A stretch of 64,000 nt of DNA, from positions 160,001 to 224,000 of IMG/VR virus record IMGVR_UViG_3300042009_000026; one strand, given 5' to 3'. Source of the DNA: a virus. Taxonomy: Duplodnaviria; Heunggongvirae; Uroviricota; Caudoviricetes. A program made the translations under genes and the position numbers. Below the pieces are notes generated by a model. It worked only from the letters and a program-made list of their open reading frames with translations, was not told the origin of the DNA and ran no database searches. Position 1 is the stretch's first letter; each line of letters begins with the position of its first letter. This document shows positions 27,664 to 36,170 of the stretch, one piece after another.

Positions 27664-28050
27664 ATGCGCGCCAAAGTAAAAGATATTCGCCAGGGTCGTA
27701 CTCTGTGGATGGTTAACTGTTACCTCAAAAATCCACAGCACCGCAGATCAGCTACAGTCCAACGAATAGAATGTCTGGACACACCCAAACCAAGTAAATA
27801 TCGAAGCTGGCAGAAGAAAGTTCTGTTTGCTAATTTCCGTTACCAGGGTACTGTTTGGTCTGGACCAATAGACATTCATCATTCTTTGCGTGACCACAAT
27901 ATCGTCTGGAATGATTACAATCAGCATATGGTCTTCACAAAGCAGAAAGCTGCTGAAGCTTATGCTGACCGTATTCGTAGTGGTTGTTATAATGCGCAAG
28001 AACTAGCTTTCATGCGTAAATGCGACAGGATAACCAACATCGTGCTTTGA
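27664..28050 (+). CDS. Basic hypothetical protein
   Basis: 128 aa, abuts the previous stop. Confidence 0.65.
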   Translation: MRAKVKDIRQGRTLWMVNCYLKNPQHRRSATVQRIECLDTPKPSKYRSWQKKVLFANFRYQGTVWSGPIDIHHSLRDHNIVWNDYNQHMVFTKQKAAEAYADRIRSGCYNAQELAFMRKCDRITNIVL

Positions 28051-28073
28051 TTTCTTACCCAGAGGGATTACAC

Positions 28074-28646
28074 ATGTCTACTCAAGTGACTGATACTGAA
28101 CTATTGAAGTCTATCTGCGAAGTTATCTCTGGTTCTCCAACGAATCGGCTCCGTAGCATCCAGGATATGGTTGACCACATGAAGCGCCACCCAGAAGCAT
28201 CTGGTACGCTTAGTGATGCCATGACCAGTCACTGCATGGATAATCTCGAATGGGTGATAATCGGCAAGTGCTCGGATTCTGATCTGACCATGCACGCTGC
28301 CAACCTGATACGTGCATACTTCTTTGCTCACCTTCGACTTCACGAACTTGTGTACATACACAGTGATCGGTCGAAGGTTACGATCGGCATCGAGATGGTA
28401 CCGACCAAGCATAAGAATGCTATTGGCTTCTATCGGGTGTCTTCTGTTGATTCTGACTCAATGCCGGGAGAAACAGAGTACTACATGTTCCCTACCTGGA
28501 AATTCCAAGCAGGTGTATCACGGCGTTGTCGTGAAGCTTTCCCGAATAAGCGTACTGCCTTCGGCCTAGCTTCTCCGCATGATGCCGTAGATGACACCCC
28601 GCAAGTTATAGAACCACGCATAAGACGTGTGGCCGAGGAAGAATAG
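28074..28646 (+). CDS. Hypothetical protein
   Basis: RBS GAGGG, ATG 28074. Confidence 0.65.
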   Translation: MSTQVTDTELLKSICEVISGSPTNRLRSIQDMVDHMKRHPEASGTLSDAMTSHCMDNLEWVIIGKCSDSDLTMHAANLIRAYFFAHLRLHELVYIHSDRSKVTIGIEMVPTKHKNAIGFYRVSSVDSDSMPGETEYYMFPTWKFQAGVSRRCREAFPNKRTAFGLASPHDAVDDTPQVIEPRIRRVAEEE

Positions 28647-29120
28647 ATGGATCACAGGTTAGTAAAACACATACTGGAAACTATGCCACCTTTTGAACCT
28701 AAAGGAATGAACATGTCAATCCCACAAGTTACACTGCTCACCGATTGTATTGCTGAAGTCATCGAATCCCAAACTGGTTTGGTGGATATCGTTAAAGCTG
28801 TTCTGCGTCACCCTGACATCAGCGCAGTAGCAGAACAATACCGTAAAGAACTAGATCCATCGCCGCATAGAACATTGACCAATCTCATCACCGCCCAGGA
28901 AGAATCTCGCCAGCTCATGGAACGGTTTTCTTACGTTCTCATGTATCTGGAAGATGAAATCCGTGAAGGCACCAAAGGCGAATGGCGTGAAATCGTTAAA
29001 GCTCAATCTAACCAGCGAGTAAGCATTGATGCTATCCGCAGCCTGCGTGAAACATTTGGCACTGGTCTGCGTGACGCGAAGTTCATTGTTGAAGCCTATA
29101 GCGCCGGTCTGTTTGAATAA
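28647..29120 (+). CDS. Protein with C-terminal ribosomal bL12 (L7/L12) CTD-like domain
   Basis: SIDAIRSLRETFGTGLRDAKFIVE resembles bL12 [24 protein letters not shown]. Alternative start 28713. Confidence 0.65.
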   Translation: MDHRLVKHILETMPPFEPKGMNMSIPQVTLLTDCIAEVIESQTGLVDIVKAVLRHPDISAVAEQYRKELDPSPHRTLTNLITAQEESRQLMERFSYVLMYLEDEIREGTKGEWREIVKAQSNQRVSIDAIRSLRETFGTGLRDAKFIVEAYSAGLFE

Positions 29121-29171
29121 GACGACATAAAGGCTACCCTTCGGGGTAGCCGCTATACCTTATTTTTTTTT
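29118..29171. terminator. Bidirectional terminator at convergent junction (near-identical to 41745-41778)
   Basis: TAAGACGACATAAA-GGCTACCC-TTCG-GGGTAGCC then T-run. Confidence 0.85.
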
Positions 29172-29173
29172 GT

Positions 29174-29653
29174 TTACTCAGGCTCTCGACCGAGCTGCAT
29201 CAAGACTTTGTGGCAAGTATCCATATCGTAGAAGACACGATCGTATTCACCTGTGTGAATCTCCAGGTAATTCCCTTCCGTGTGAGGGAATGGTTTCTCA
29301 TATACATCAATAACAATACGTTTACTGTAGAACAAATCTTTCAGCAAGATGTCTCGACGCAATGCGATCTCAGATTCACCGATAGTGGAATGATCCCATT
29401 CGATACCTTTAAGGATACTGTGTGCGATCTCCCCTGCTGCGTTTAGGACAGGGATAAGGTTCTGACTAGCCGTGAACACTACCACACGTGACGAAAGACC
29501 CATACGAGCCTTGTAGACAACGTGGTTGCGCAGAGCTTCGATCAGATGATCAATTTGTTTCATTTTGTACTCCGGGAATAGGGTAGCGGAATAAATTCTC
29601 CCCGAAGGGAGAACCATTCCTGCAACCACCACCAAGGTTCTTAGATAGACCAC
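29174..29653 (-). CDS. Hypothetical protein downstream of helicase
   Basis: 159 aa ORF overlapping the helicase end; start uncertain. Confidence 0.55.
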   Translation of the reverse strand: MVYLRTLVVVAGMVLPSGRIYSATLFPEYKMKQIDHLIEALRNHVVYKARMGLSSRVVVFTASQNLIPVLNAAGEIAHSILKGIEWDHSTIGESEIALRRDILLKDLFYSKRIVIDVYEKPFPHTEGNYLEIHTGEYDRVFYDMDTCHKVLMQLGREPE

Positions 29654-31173
29654 GCATCATCGCCAGCTTCACCAGACATGCCTGGGAGTTGACGCATGCT
29701 GTAGTCAGCTTCTTTGTCGATGTCCCACGGGATTGTACCCACGGGTGCAAATGGAAGTACACAGTATTGGTCTGCTTCGCCAGTTACAGTGTTCCGGTGT
29801 TTACCACGTTGAATAGTGAAGTACGATTTGCCTGCTACTTTAACGATGTGGAAAATGAGTTCCAAGTCTGGTTCCTGACCGAGACGACGGCAACCATCAT
29901 AATAACCACGGTTAGCTACAATCTTCACGAAGTCTTCTGTGTTCTCACGCATGAGCTGCAATGCATCAGATGACAACTGGTGTGGACTAAAGAATGTAAT
30001 GCCTCGTGGAGCCGTGTAGTTACGCATACGCCGGAATAATAGTCGAATGTCATCACCAGCTACCTTCGCATCCAAACCTGTCTTCGGCAACATGTTAAGA
30101 TAGTCGACGCAGAGATATTGGATCTCATAACCCTGAGCTTGCAAACCATCTAGCCAGTTAGTAAAACCAGCAATGGTAAAGTCGGTAGGGTCAAAACGAG
30201 TGATCAGTACTTTGAAACCAGATTCCTGCAAACGAGCAGAAATGTATTGAGTAGCCATGACCGGATCGATTAGTGTCTCATCTACAGCTTCACCTGTTTC
30301 GTTCTCCATCAGGTACTTGTAAAGGATCAACAAGTTATCAGACAGTTCGTTCTCGAGTGTTACGAACAAGCACAGGGGTTTCTTGTTCTTATCTCGCATG
30401 AACGGTTTGTTGAACAAACAGATGTGAGAGAATACCGTCAGAGCAAAACCAGTTTTAAAGTTATGTTGTAGACCACCACCTAGAATGAACTCACCACGAC
30501 GAATAGCACCCAGTTTACCTAACATGCGATTAAGACCTTTCCAACCAGTCTTAAATGCACCTTCAATAGACATAGTCTCTTTAACAGCTTCGAAGTATCG
30601 AGCTACACCTTCCGGATCATCAAAGTCGACAGTACCGATTTCAGCAGGATGCTTAGCTTCAGCACGAGCTTGTACAAATGGATCTAGTTTGGATTGCATC
30701 TCACGAATCAAACTGATGCTATTAGTAGAACCAGTAGCATTAAATAGAAGCTTGTGAGAATATTCCTTCATGATCTGAGAGATCTTCGTATCATTTAAGT
30801 GAGCACGCAGAACGTTACGCTTCTCATTGATACGTTGCATGATGGATAAGCCATCAGGGAATACTTCGTTTACCGCAGCCGCAACTGCTTCAAATAGGTA
30901 TGACTCTTCTCGTGCACATACTTGGACGTTCTGAAGAACTTCCATAAGGCTCGGGAACTCCGTAGGTGTTTTGCAGTTGAGATCAACTACTAATCTACGA
31001 AGCTCCAAAAAGGTTTGACGTCCATGGTCGCTATCGATCGAAGTTTCTTTAACTTGGATCGTTTCGATTACGTCAGAAATCAGCTCGGTCGAAGCCGATG
31101 CAGGGGAGTCGTCGCGATGCTCTAGGCAGAGCAAAGTGATGCAACTAACTAAAAGTTGTTTATGCGAAGACAT
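29641..31173 (-). CDS. DnaB-like replicative helicase (phiKZ gp118-like)
   Basis: TGWKGLNRMLG; Walker A variant GGLQHNFKT; TLEN; Walker B LCVDYLNML; SPHQLS; GKHR; divergent from MCP as in phiKZ. Confidence 0.9.
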   Translation of the reverse strand: MSSHKQLLVSCITLLCLEHRDDSPASASTELISDVIETIQVKETSIDSDHGRQTFLELRRLVVDLNCKTPTEFPSLMEVLQNVQVCAREESYLFEAVAAAVNEVFPDGLSIMQRINEKRNVLRAHLNDTKISQIMKEYSHKLLFNATGSTNSISLIREMQSKLDPFVQARAEAKHPAEIGTVDFDDPEGVARYFEAVKETMSIEGAFKTGWKGLNRMLGKLGAIRRGEFILGGGLQHNFKTGFALTVFSHICLFNKPFMRDKNKKPLCLFVTLENELSDNLLILYKYLMENETGEAVDETLIDPVMATQYISARLQESGFKVLITRFDPTDFTIAGFTNWLDGLQAQGYEIQYLCVDYLNMLPKTGLDAKVAGDDIRLLFRRMRNYTAPRGITFFSPHQLSSDALQLMRENTEDFVKIVANRGYYDGCRRLGQEPDLELIFHIVKVAGKSYFTIQRGKHRNTVTGEADQYCVLPFAPVGTIPWDIDKEADYSMRQLPGMSGEAGDDAWSI

Positions 31174-31298
31174 TTTTGCGATATTCCTGAAAGTGAATGT
31201 TTCTAATTATGTGCCATGTATTATTAACTTGGTTGGTAGTTTATTACATATCCCTATGTATCCAGCTATAACGTCAACATTCAACGGGGTGTCCTCCA

Positions 31299-31835
31299 AT
31301 GGTCAAACTGTTAGTCCTACCCGTCACTCTATTGGAACATTTCCGTAACGACGGTGTACAGCTTACTAAATTGCTTGACATCAACTATATGGCAAGCGTT
31401 GCGTCAGTCAGCGATCTCGCTGCTATCCATGACGCGATCAATAAATTCCCATTCCGCTTTTGTGAAAGCACGAAAGTGGAATTAGCAGATAGTCCGGTTA
31501 CCGGCCTTATGCAACTAGCCAGTGCTTCAGGTGTTACGAACCTTAAGATGCAAGATTTACACAATCGTGTAGAAGGACGTATTACCAACAACGCACTAAC
31601 TAAAGCTCTGCATCCTAGCCTTGAATGCTATGAATACAGTCTTTATCCTGTAGATGAGAATCTTTGGGTTGCTGTGCAAAAGAGTTTGCACATGGGTAAT
31701 GGCGATCCTGCTCGACTCTCCATCAAGGCCAATCGTGCATTATTTGATAGTATGATTGGCGAACTGATGCGAACTCGAACATTCGAGAGTGTCGCTTCAA
31801 CAAAACTGTTCACTTATTATTTAGAGGCACTGTAG
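31299..31835 (+). CDS. Head-associated protein (phiKZ gp119-like)
   Basis: Lies between helicase and MCP as in phiKZ. Confidence 0.6.
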   Translation: MVKLLVLPVTLLEHFRNDGVQLTKLLDINYMASVASVSDLAAIHDAINKFPFRFCESTKVELADSPVTGLMQLASASGVTNLKMQDLHNRVEGRITNNALTKALHPSLECYEYSLYPVDENLWVAVQKSLHMGNGDPARLSIKANRALFDSMIGELMRTRTFESVASTKLFTYYLEAL

Positions 31836-31902
31836 GCAAAGCTCCTACGTCCCTAAGTATTGTAACACCACCAAAAACTCATCTCCTTCGAAGGAATAGA
31901 TC

Positions 31903-34122
31903 ATGAATCTCGATTCACTGTTTAAACATAATGCACAGAAGCAATACACCCGCTTCTCGATGGAAGACTTCCTGGGCGCACTGGAAGCAGAACAGAACTA
32001 CGGCGACAGCGTTCTGGCTAAAGGTAAAGGCCTGGTAGAATTCATCAGTCAAGAAAACTTCGGCGACATCTCTGAAGCTCAACGTGGCACCGCTGGTCAA
32101 ATGTACCAGGACATCGGCGCTACCATGCAGAAGTTCGGTTTCGAACACTTCAAAGATAGCAAAGGCTATATCACCGAAAACCAACAGCGCGCTGCTACAG
32201 TTGCTGCTATTGCTTGCGCTGATCCAGAAGCTTACAAACGTGCCCTGCGTGCCGTTTCTAAAGAAGTAGTTTCCAACGAAGACAACGTTCACAACGTACG
32301 TCACGAATTCGGTGGTCCTGCTGGTACCCTGCAAGTTTTCCAAGACCACCTGGGTCTGGAAAACTACAACGAAAAATCTCAGCGTGACTTCCGCGTCGTA
32401 ACTGTTGGTTACAACCTCGAAGCTTCCCGTCAGGATGAGTTTGCTGAACGTCTGTACCCTACTACCGTTATCAACCCAGTTGAAGGTGGTGTTGTTCAGG
32501 TTCTTCCTTACATCGCTGTAATGAAAGACGTCTATCACGCTGTTAGCGGTGCTAAACTGCTGAACGAAGAAGTCAACATGGTAGAAGCATACCGTGACCC
32601 TTCGATCCTGGATGACAACTGCACTGACCTGATCCCTGCTGTTGATCCAGATGGTACCAACCTGAAGTTCTTCGTTGATCCACTTCTGGTTCCACACCAC
32701 GTTGTTACCAACGAACAGAACATGTCGGTTACCACTGGTCCTCTGAAGCCAAACGTTAAGATCGACCTGATGGGTAACTCTAACGCCAACCTGCTGATCA
32801 ACAAAGGCATGCTGGACGTTTCTGATACCATCGATCCAAGTGGTCGTCTGAAAGCTCTGTACGTCAAGTTCGACGGCAAAGTAGTTCGTTTCGTTGTTGA
32901 CCGTCTGCCTACCGCTGTATTCCAGCCTGGCCTAGTCGGTGACACCCGTATTGCTAAACTGGACTTCATCACTGAAGACCTGGTTGTTGGTGCTGACACC
33001 AAAGCAATCGACGGTTCGGTATCTGCTAACATGCAGGAACTGGTAAACCGTAAGTGGACCGCACGCATCTCCGTTACCTTCACTGGTCACGTATCCACTT
33101 CTCGTGGTGATGCTCGTTACGGCGCTGCTGGTATCGAAATCGACCGTATCGTCGACGAAGACCGCAAGCTGATCTCGATCGAAACTGGCGACGGTGCTGA
33201 TCTGGTTGCAGCTATCGGCGAACTCGAAGTTATCGGTTACGACCTGGACGTTAAGTTCACCAACACCAACCGCCGTCAGCGTGGTCACCTGTTGGCTACT
33301 CGCGCTATCCAGTTCCGTCACCCAATCCCGATGCACGCTCCGGTTACCCTGCCAATGTCCACCATGGATGAGCAAGGCCCAGGCGACGTCGTTAAGGCGC
33401 TGACTGTCAACACCAACATCCGTAACAGCAACAACGCTGTTAAACGTCTGCTGAACTACCTGGCTCAGCTGAAAGAAGTTGTTGGTAATGGTTACGACCG
33501 TCCTAAGTTCGGCGCTGTTGAAGGTGCTCTGAGCATCATGATGCGTCCAACCTACCGTGAAGGTTCGTTGCACCTGCCTGACCACATCGACACCCTGAAA
33601 TCTCAGGATCGCTGGCAGGACGTTTGCAGCACCATCTTGAACTTCGCTAAAGGTATCCTGTTCCCAGCATACCGCGAGTCCAACATCGAAGCTGCTTTCC
33701 GTGTAATCTCGGGCAACCAAGACGAGAAGCCAATGTTCATCTTCGCTACCGACAAAGAAATCGGTAACTACCTGATGACCCAAGGCGACGACCGTACTCT
33801 GGGCGCAATCCTGGAATACGACCTGGTAACTACCAACAACGAACTGTTCGATGGTAAACTGGTAATCGTTCCTACTCGTAAGAACCCAACCGAAAACGAC
33901 ATCCTGTCCTTCGGTCAGTTCTTCTACGTATCGACCGTGATCGCTGACCTGCCTATCACTCGTGGTGGCCAGCAAGTGACTCGTGAGATCGCAGCTGTTC
34001 CGTTCAACCTGCACGTGAACAACATCCCATTCGCAATCAACCTGACCATCACTGGTCTGGAAGAAGTAATGGGCAAATCGCAGTGGAACAAACCACTGAT
34101 CGATGCTATCACTACTCCATGA
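31903..34122 (+). CDS. Major capsid protein precursor (phiKZ gp120-like)
   Basis: 739 aa; strongest codon bias in window; GLE/NYNEKSQRDFRVVTVGYNLEASRQDEFAERLYPT matches the phiKZ MCP maturation region (E153/N154). Confidence 0.92.
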   Translation: MNLDSLFKHNAQKQYTRFSMEDFLGALEAEQNYGDSVLAKGKGLVEFISQENFGDISEAQRGTAGQMYQDIGATMQKFGFEHFKDSKGYITENQQRAATVAAIACADPEAYKRALRAVSKEVVSNEDNVHNVRHEFGGPAGTLQVFQDHLGLENYNEKSQRDFRVVTVGYNLEASRQDEFAERLYPTTVINPVEGGVVQVLPYIAVMKDVYHAVSGAKLLNEEVNMVEAYRDPSILDDNCTDLIPAVDPDGTNLKFFVDPLLVPHHVVTNEQNMSVTTGPLKPNVKIDLMGNSNANLLINKGMLDVSDTIDPSGRLKALYVKFDGKVVRFVVDRLPTAVFQPGLVGDTRIAKLDFITEDLVVGADTKAIDGSVSANMQELVNRKWTARISVTFTGHVSTSRGDARYGAAGIEIDRIVDEDRKLISIETGDGADLVAAIGELEVIGYDLDVKFTNTNRRQRGHLLATRAIQFRHPIPMHAPVTLPMSTMDEQGPGDVVKALTVNTNIRNSNNAVKRLLNYLAQLKEVVGNGYDRPKFGAVEGALSIMMRPTYREGSLHLPDHIDTLKSQDRWQDVCSTILNFAKGILFPAYRESNIEAAFRVISGNQDEKPMFIFATDKEIGNYLMTQGDDRTLGAILEYDLVTTNNELFDGKLVIVPTRKNPTENDILSFGQFFYVSTVIADLPITRGGQQVTREIAAVPFNLHVNNIPFAINLTITGLEEVMGKSQWNKPLIDAITTP

Positions 34123-34206
34123 AGGAATCCGGATAATGTTCGTCTACTAGAAGATGGAACAATCCGGTATCTGGAAGACGGTACTGTCCTACGGTACCAA
34201 GAGTAG
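34123..34206 (+). other. Putative stop-readthrough extension of MCP (27 codons, R-x-L-E-D-G repeats)
   Basis: In frame after TGA: RNPDNVRLLEDGTIRYLEDGTVLRYQE-TAG. It lies upstream of the terminator and matches the C-terminus of the 60484 protein. Confidence 0.65.
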
Positions 34207-34210
34207 CAAA

Positions 34211-34244
34211 CATACTGCCTCTCCTAGTGAGAGGCTTTATGCCG
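34211..34244. terminator. CATA-hairpin-TTTATGCCG element ending the MCP transcript
   Basis: CATACT-GCCTCTC-CTAGT-GAGAGGC-TTTATGCCG. Confidence 0.8.
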
Positions 34245-34270
34245 TGTTGGACTGCAAATAATTTCAAATC

Positions 34271-34278
34271 TATATTAC
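34271..34278 (+). promoter_or_regulatory. Early promoter upstream of the nvRNAP-subunit operon
   Basis: TATATTAC in AT-rich intergenic DNA. Confidence 0.75.
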
Positions 34279-34381
34279 TATCAAGCATATAAACAAGGAG
34301 ATATATTCTCTGCCGTAGTAATTCCGTAGTAGTTATTACTACAGAGAATACGAACCCTTTTAAATCTTGAGATCCCAATCA

Positions 34382-34978
34382 ATGAATTACTTTGACCGCT
34401 TTGAGAAAGTGCTCAACCAAAAGTTCAATGGTGACTTAGAGGCTACCCTGAACTTCACCCGCTTTGATAACTATCAAGGCAAACCGTTACGCATCCGTGA
34501 AATCGATCGTCGTCCTAAGAAGGAACCTGTTTATGTAACAATCCCTGATGAACCGATAGTTGACATTCCAGTTGTTGAACCAGCAGAGGAAGTTGAATTC
34601 GAAGTAATTGATTTAGAAGCAGAGATGGAAAGAAGGAGAAAAAGTACTGAGACTAATAATCCTGTACAACCTGAACCAGCTGTCGAAGAATCGAAAGCTA
34701 TTCCTCTTTCTTTGACCTTACGGGATACGACTCAGTCGACATCCAGGGGGTCGGTTTTACAAAAGAAGAAGAGTCAAACTACCAAGACCGCGCTCTCGGC
34801 TACCGGTGGTAATCGAGCCCAACGTAGAGCCGCCAAAGCCCTTATCCGCAAAGGTGGTAAAACGTCAAGTTCGAGTACTCGGAAAGACGATGAACGAAAC
34901 AGTGGTGGTTCACAAAAAGCCCACGTACCGAAACGTGTGAGTTTGAGTGAACTGGAATTCGGGTTCAGATTGGAATAG
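34382..34978 (+). CDS. Hypothetical protein with acidic middle and basic disordered C-terminus
   Basis: ATG 34382; NRAQRRAAK in a K/R/S-rich tail. Confidence 0.6.
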   Translation: MNYFDRFEKVLNQKFNGDLEATLNFTRFDNYQGKPLRIREIDRRPKKEPVYVTIPDEPIVDIPVVEPAEEVEFEVIDLEAEMERRRKSTETNNPVQPEPAVEESKAIPLSLTLRDTTQSTSRGSVLQKKKSQTTKTALSATGGNRAQRRAAKALIRKGGKTSSSSTRKDDERNSGGSQKAHVPKRVSLSELEFGFRLE

Positions 34979-36170
34979 TTTTATGCCGCAACGTGGGAAA
35001 AGTCCATTCACTGAAATCAAAGGTTTAGATTACCAAGCCGGTTATATTAGCAAAGATAGTGCAATCGCAACTCAGCAAGGTAAGTTGGGTTCTCAGATGT
35101 CTGTTGGCGGAAGCTGGATTATCGAGAACTATACTGATACTGAGATCATCAGTTATAACCGACTGGGTATTACACAACGGGCTAAGCAATGTAAACCGGT
35201 TCGTGGTTATGTCCGTATCGAGATGTGCATGTGGGTTGGCTCTCTGTCAGCATTCGAAGATCTAACGCTTCGTACCACCACCAAGCATTTGACGGAAGCG
35301 CAACGTAAGATGATTAGCGATTACATGGCATCGCCTGTAGCTGATCGCCTGCGTCCGCAATCTGGTTATCAAGAACTAAGACTGCATTGGGATATCCCAG
35401 CACAGTTGTTACGTGATAATCCTCATGGTGTCTATCTAGATGTCCTAGGGATCGTAATCGCATTCGTAGACCCGAATGCTAGCTCGTTCGCTCCACCGCA
35501 TGTCGACTTCGAATATCTAGAAGACGATGAGTTCGAACATCAGGGTGTCTATGCATCCTTCAATAAACATGATGACTTAGTCCAGGCTGTCTGGATCAAT
35601 TATAAAGGAACTAGTGCCACCAAGCTCTGTAACAACCAGAACGATCCAAGCCAAGATGAAGGCCTGACTGTATGGATCGATGGCGAGAAGCATTTCTATA
35701 AGCTATCTGAGATGGCTAGCAATGGCTATCACATGACAAAAGCTGCAGCGTATGCTGAGCATTCTGAATCTAATGCTGCCGCCTCTGGTGCGCACAAACA
35801 ACATCTACAGGAGATGGAAAGAGAATACGACCGCAAGTTGAATGAAGAGAAGACGACTTATGAACGTCGAATGCGTGAAGAAGCAATTGCACGAGAACAA
35901 GAGCAGAGAGAATCTGATCGCCAACTCAAAGAAGCTGACCGGGTCAATAAAGATCTCCAACTCAAGCTTGCTGCAGAGAAGGATTATCGACTCTATCTAG
36001 ATCAGCGTGCAGATAAAAGATACGACCGAGAACAACTTATAGTTGACAAGCGTCCAATCCGGATTACTTCGAAGCTAACTGTGGTAGCTACTGCGACCAC
36101 TGTGGTGTTAGGTTGTATCAAGTTCTACCAGGAAATAAAGCGAATGTACGGCACAGAAGGGAGTACGTAG
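34947..36170 (+). CDS. Conserved protein with coiled coil and C-terminal hydrophobic segment (phiKZ gp122-like)
   Basis: 407 aa (alternative start 34983); E/R-rich coiled coil; LTVVATATTVVLGCI. Confidence 0.6.
   Translation: MNWNSGSDWNSFMPQRGKSPFTEIKGLDYQAGYISKDSAIATQQGKLGSQMSVGGSWIIENYTDTEIISYNRLGITQRAKQCKPVRGYVRIEMCMWVGSLSAFEDLTLRTTTKHLTEAQRKMISDYMASPVADRLRPQSGYQELRLHWDIPAQLLRDNPHGVYLDVLGIVIAFVDPNASSFAPPHVDFEYLEDDEFEHQGVYASFNKHDDLVQAVWINYKGTSATKLCNNQNDPSQDEGLTVWIDGEKHFYKLSEMASNGYHMTKAAAYAEHSESNAAASGAHKQHLQEMEREYDRKLNEEKTTYERRMREEAIAREQEQRESDRQLKEADRVNKDLQLKLAAEKDYRLYLDQRADKRYDREQLIVDKRPIRITSKLTVVATATTVVLGCIKFYQEIKRMYGTEGST

Noticed and set aside
31915-34014. Long minus-strand ORFs (261, 182, 360 aa) opposite the MCP
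   Set aside because: Expected from the strong codon bias of the MCP; no motifs.
34119-34150. Alternative mini-ORFs after the MCP (MKESG* from 34119, MFVY* from 34136)
   Set aside because: Only 4-5 codons and not in the frame carrying the LEDG repeat; they do not explain the motif.
34112-34378. 88-aa minus-strand ORF across the MCP 3' region
   Set aside because: Runs through a terminator and an early promoter; no motif.
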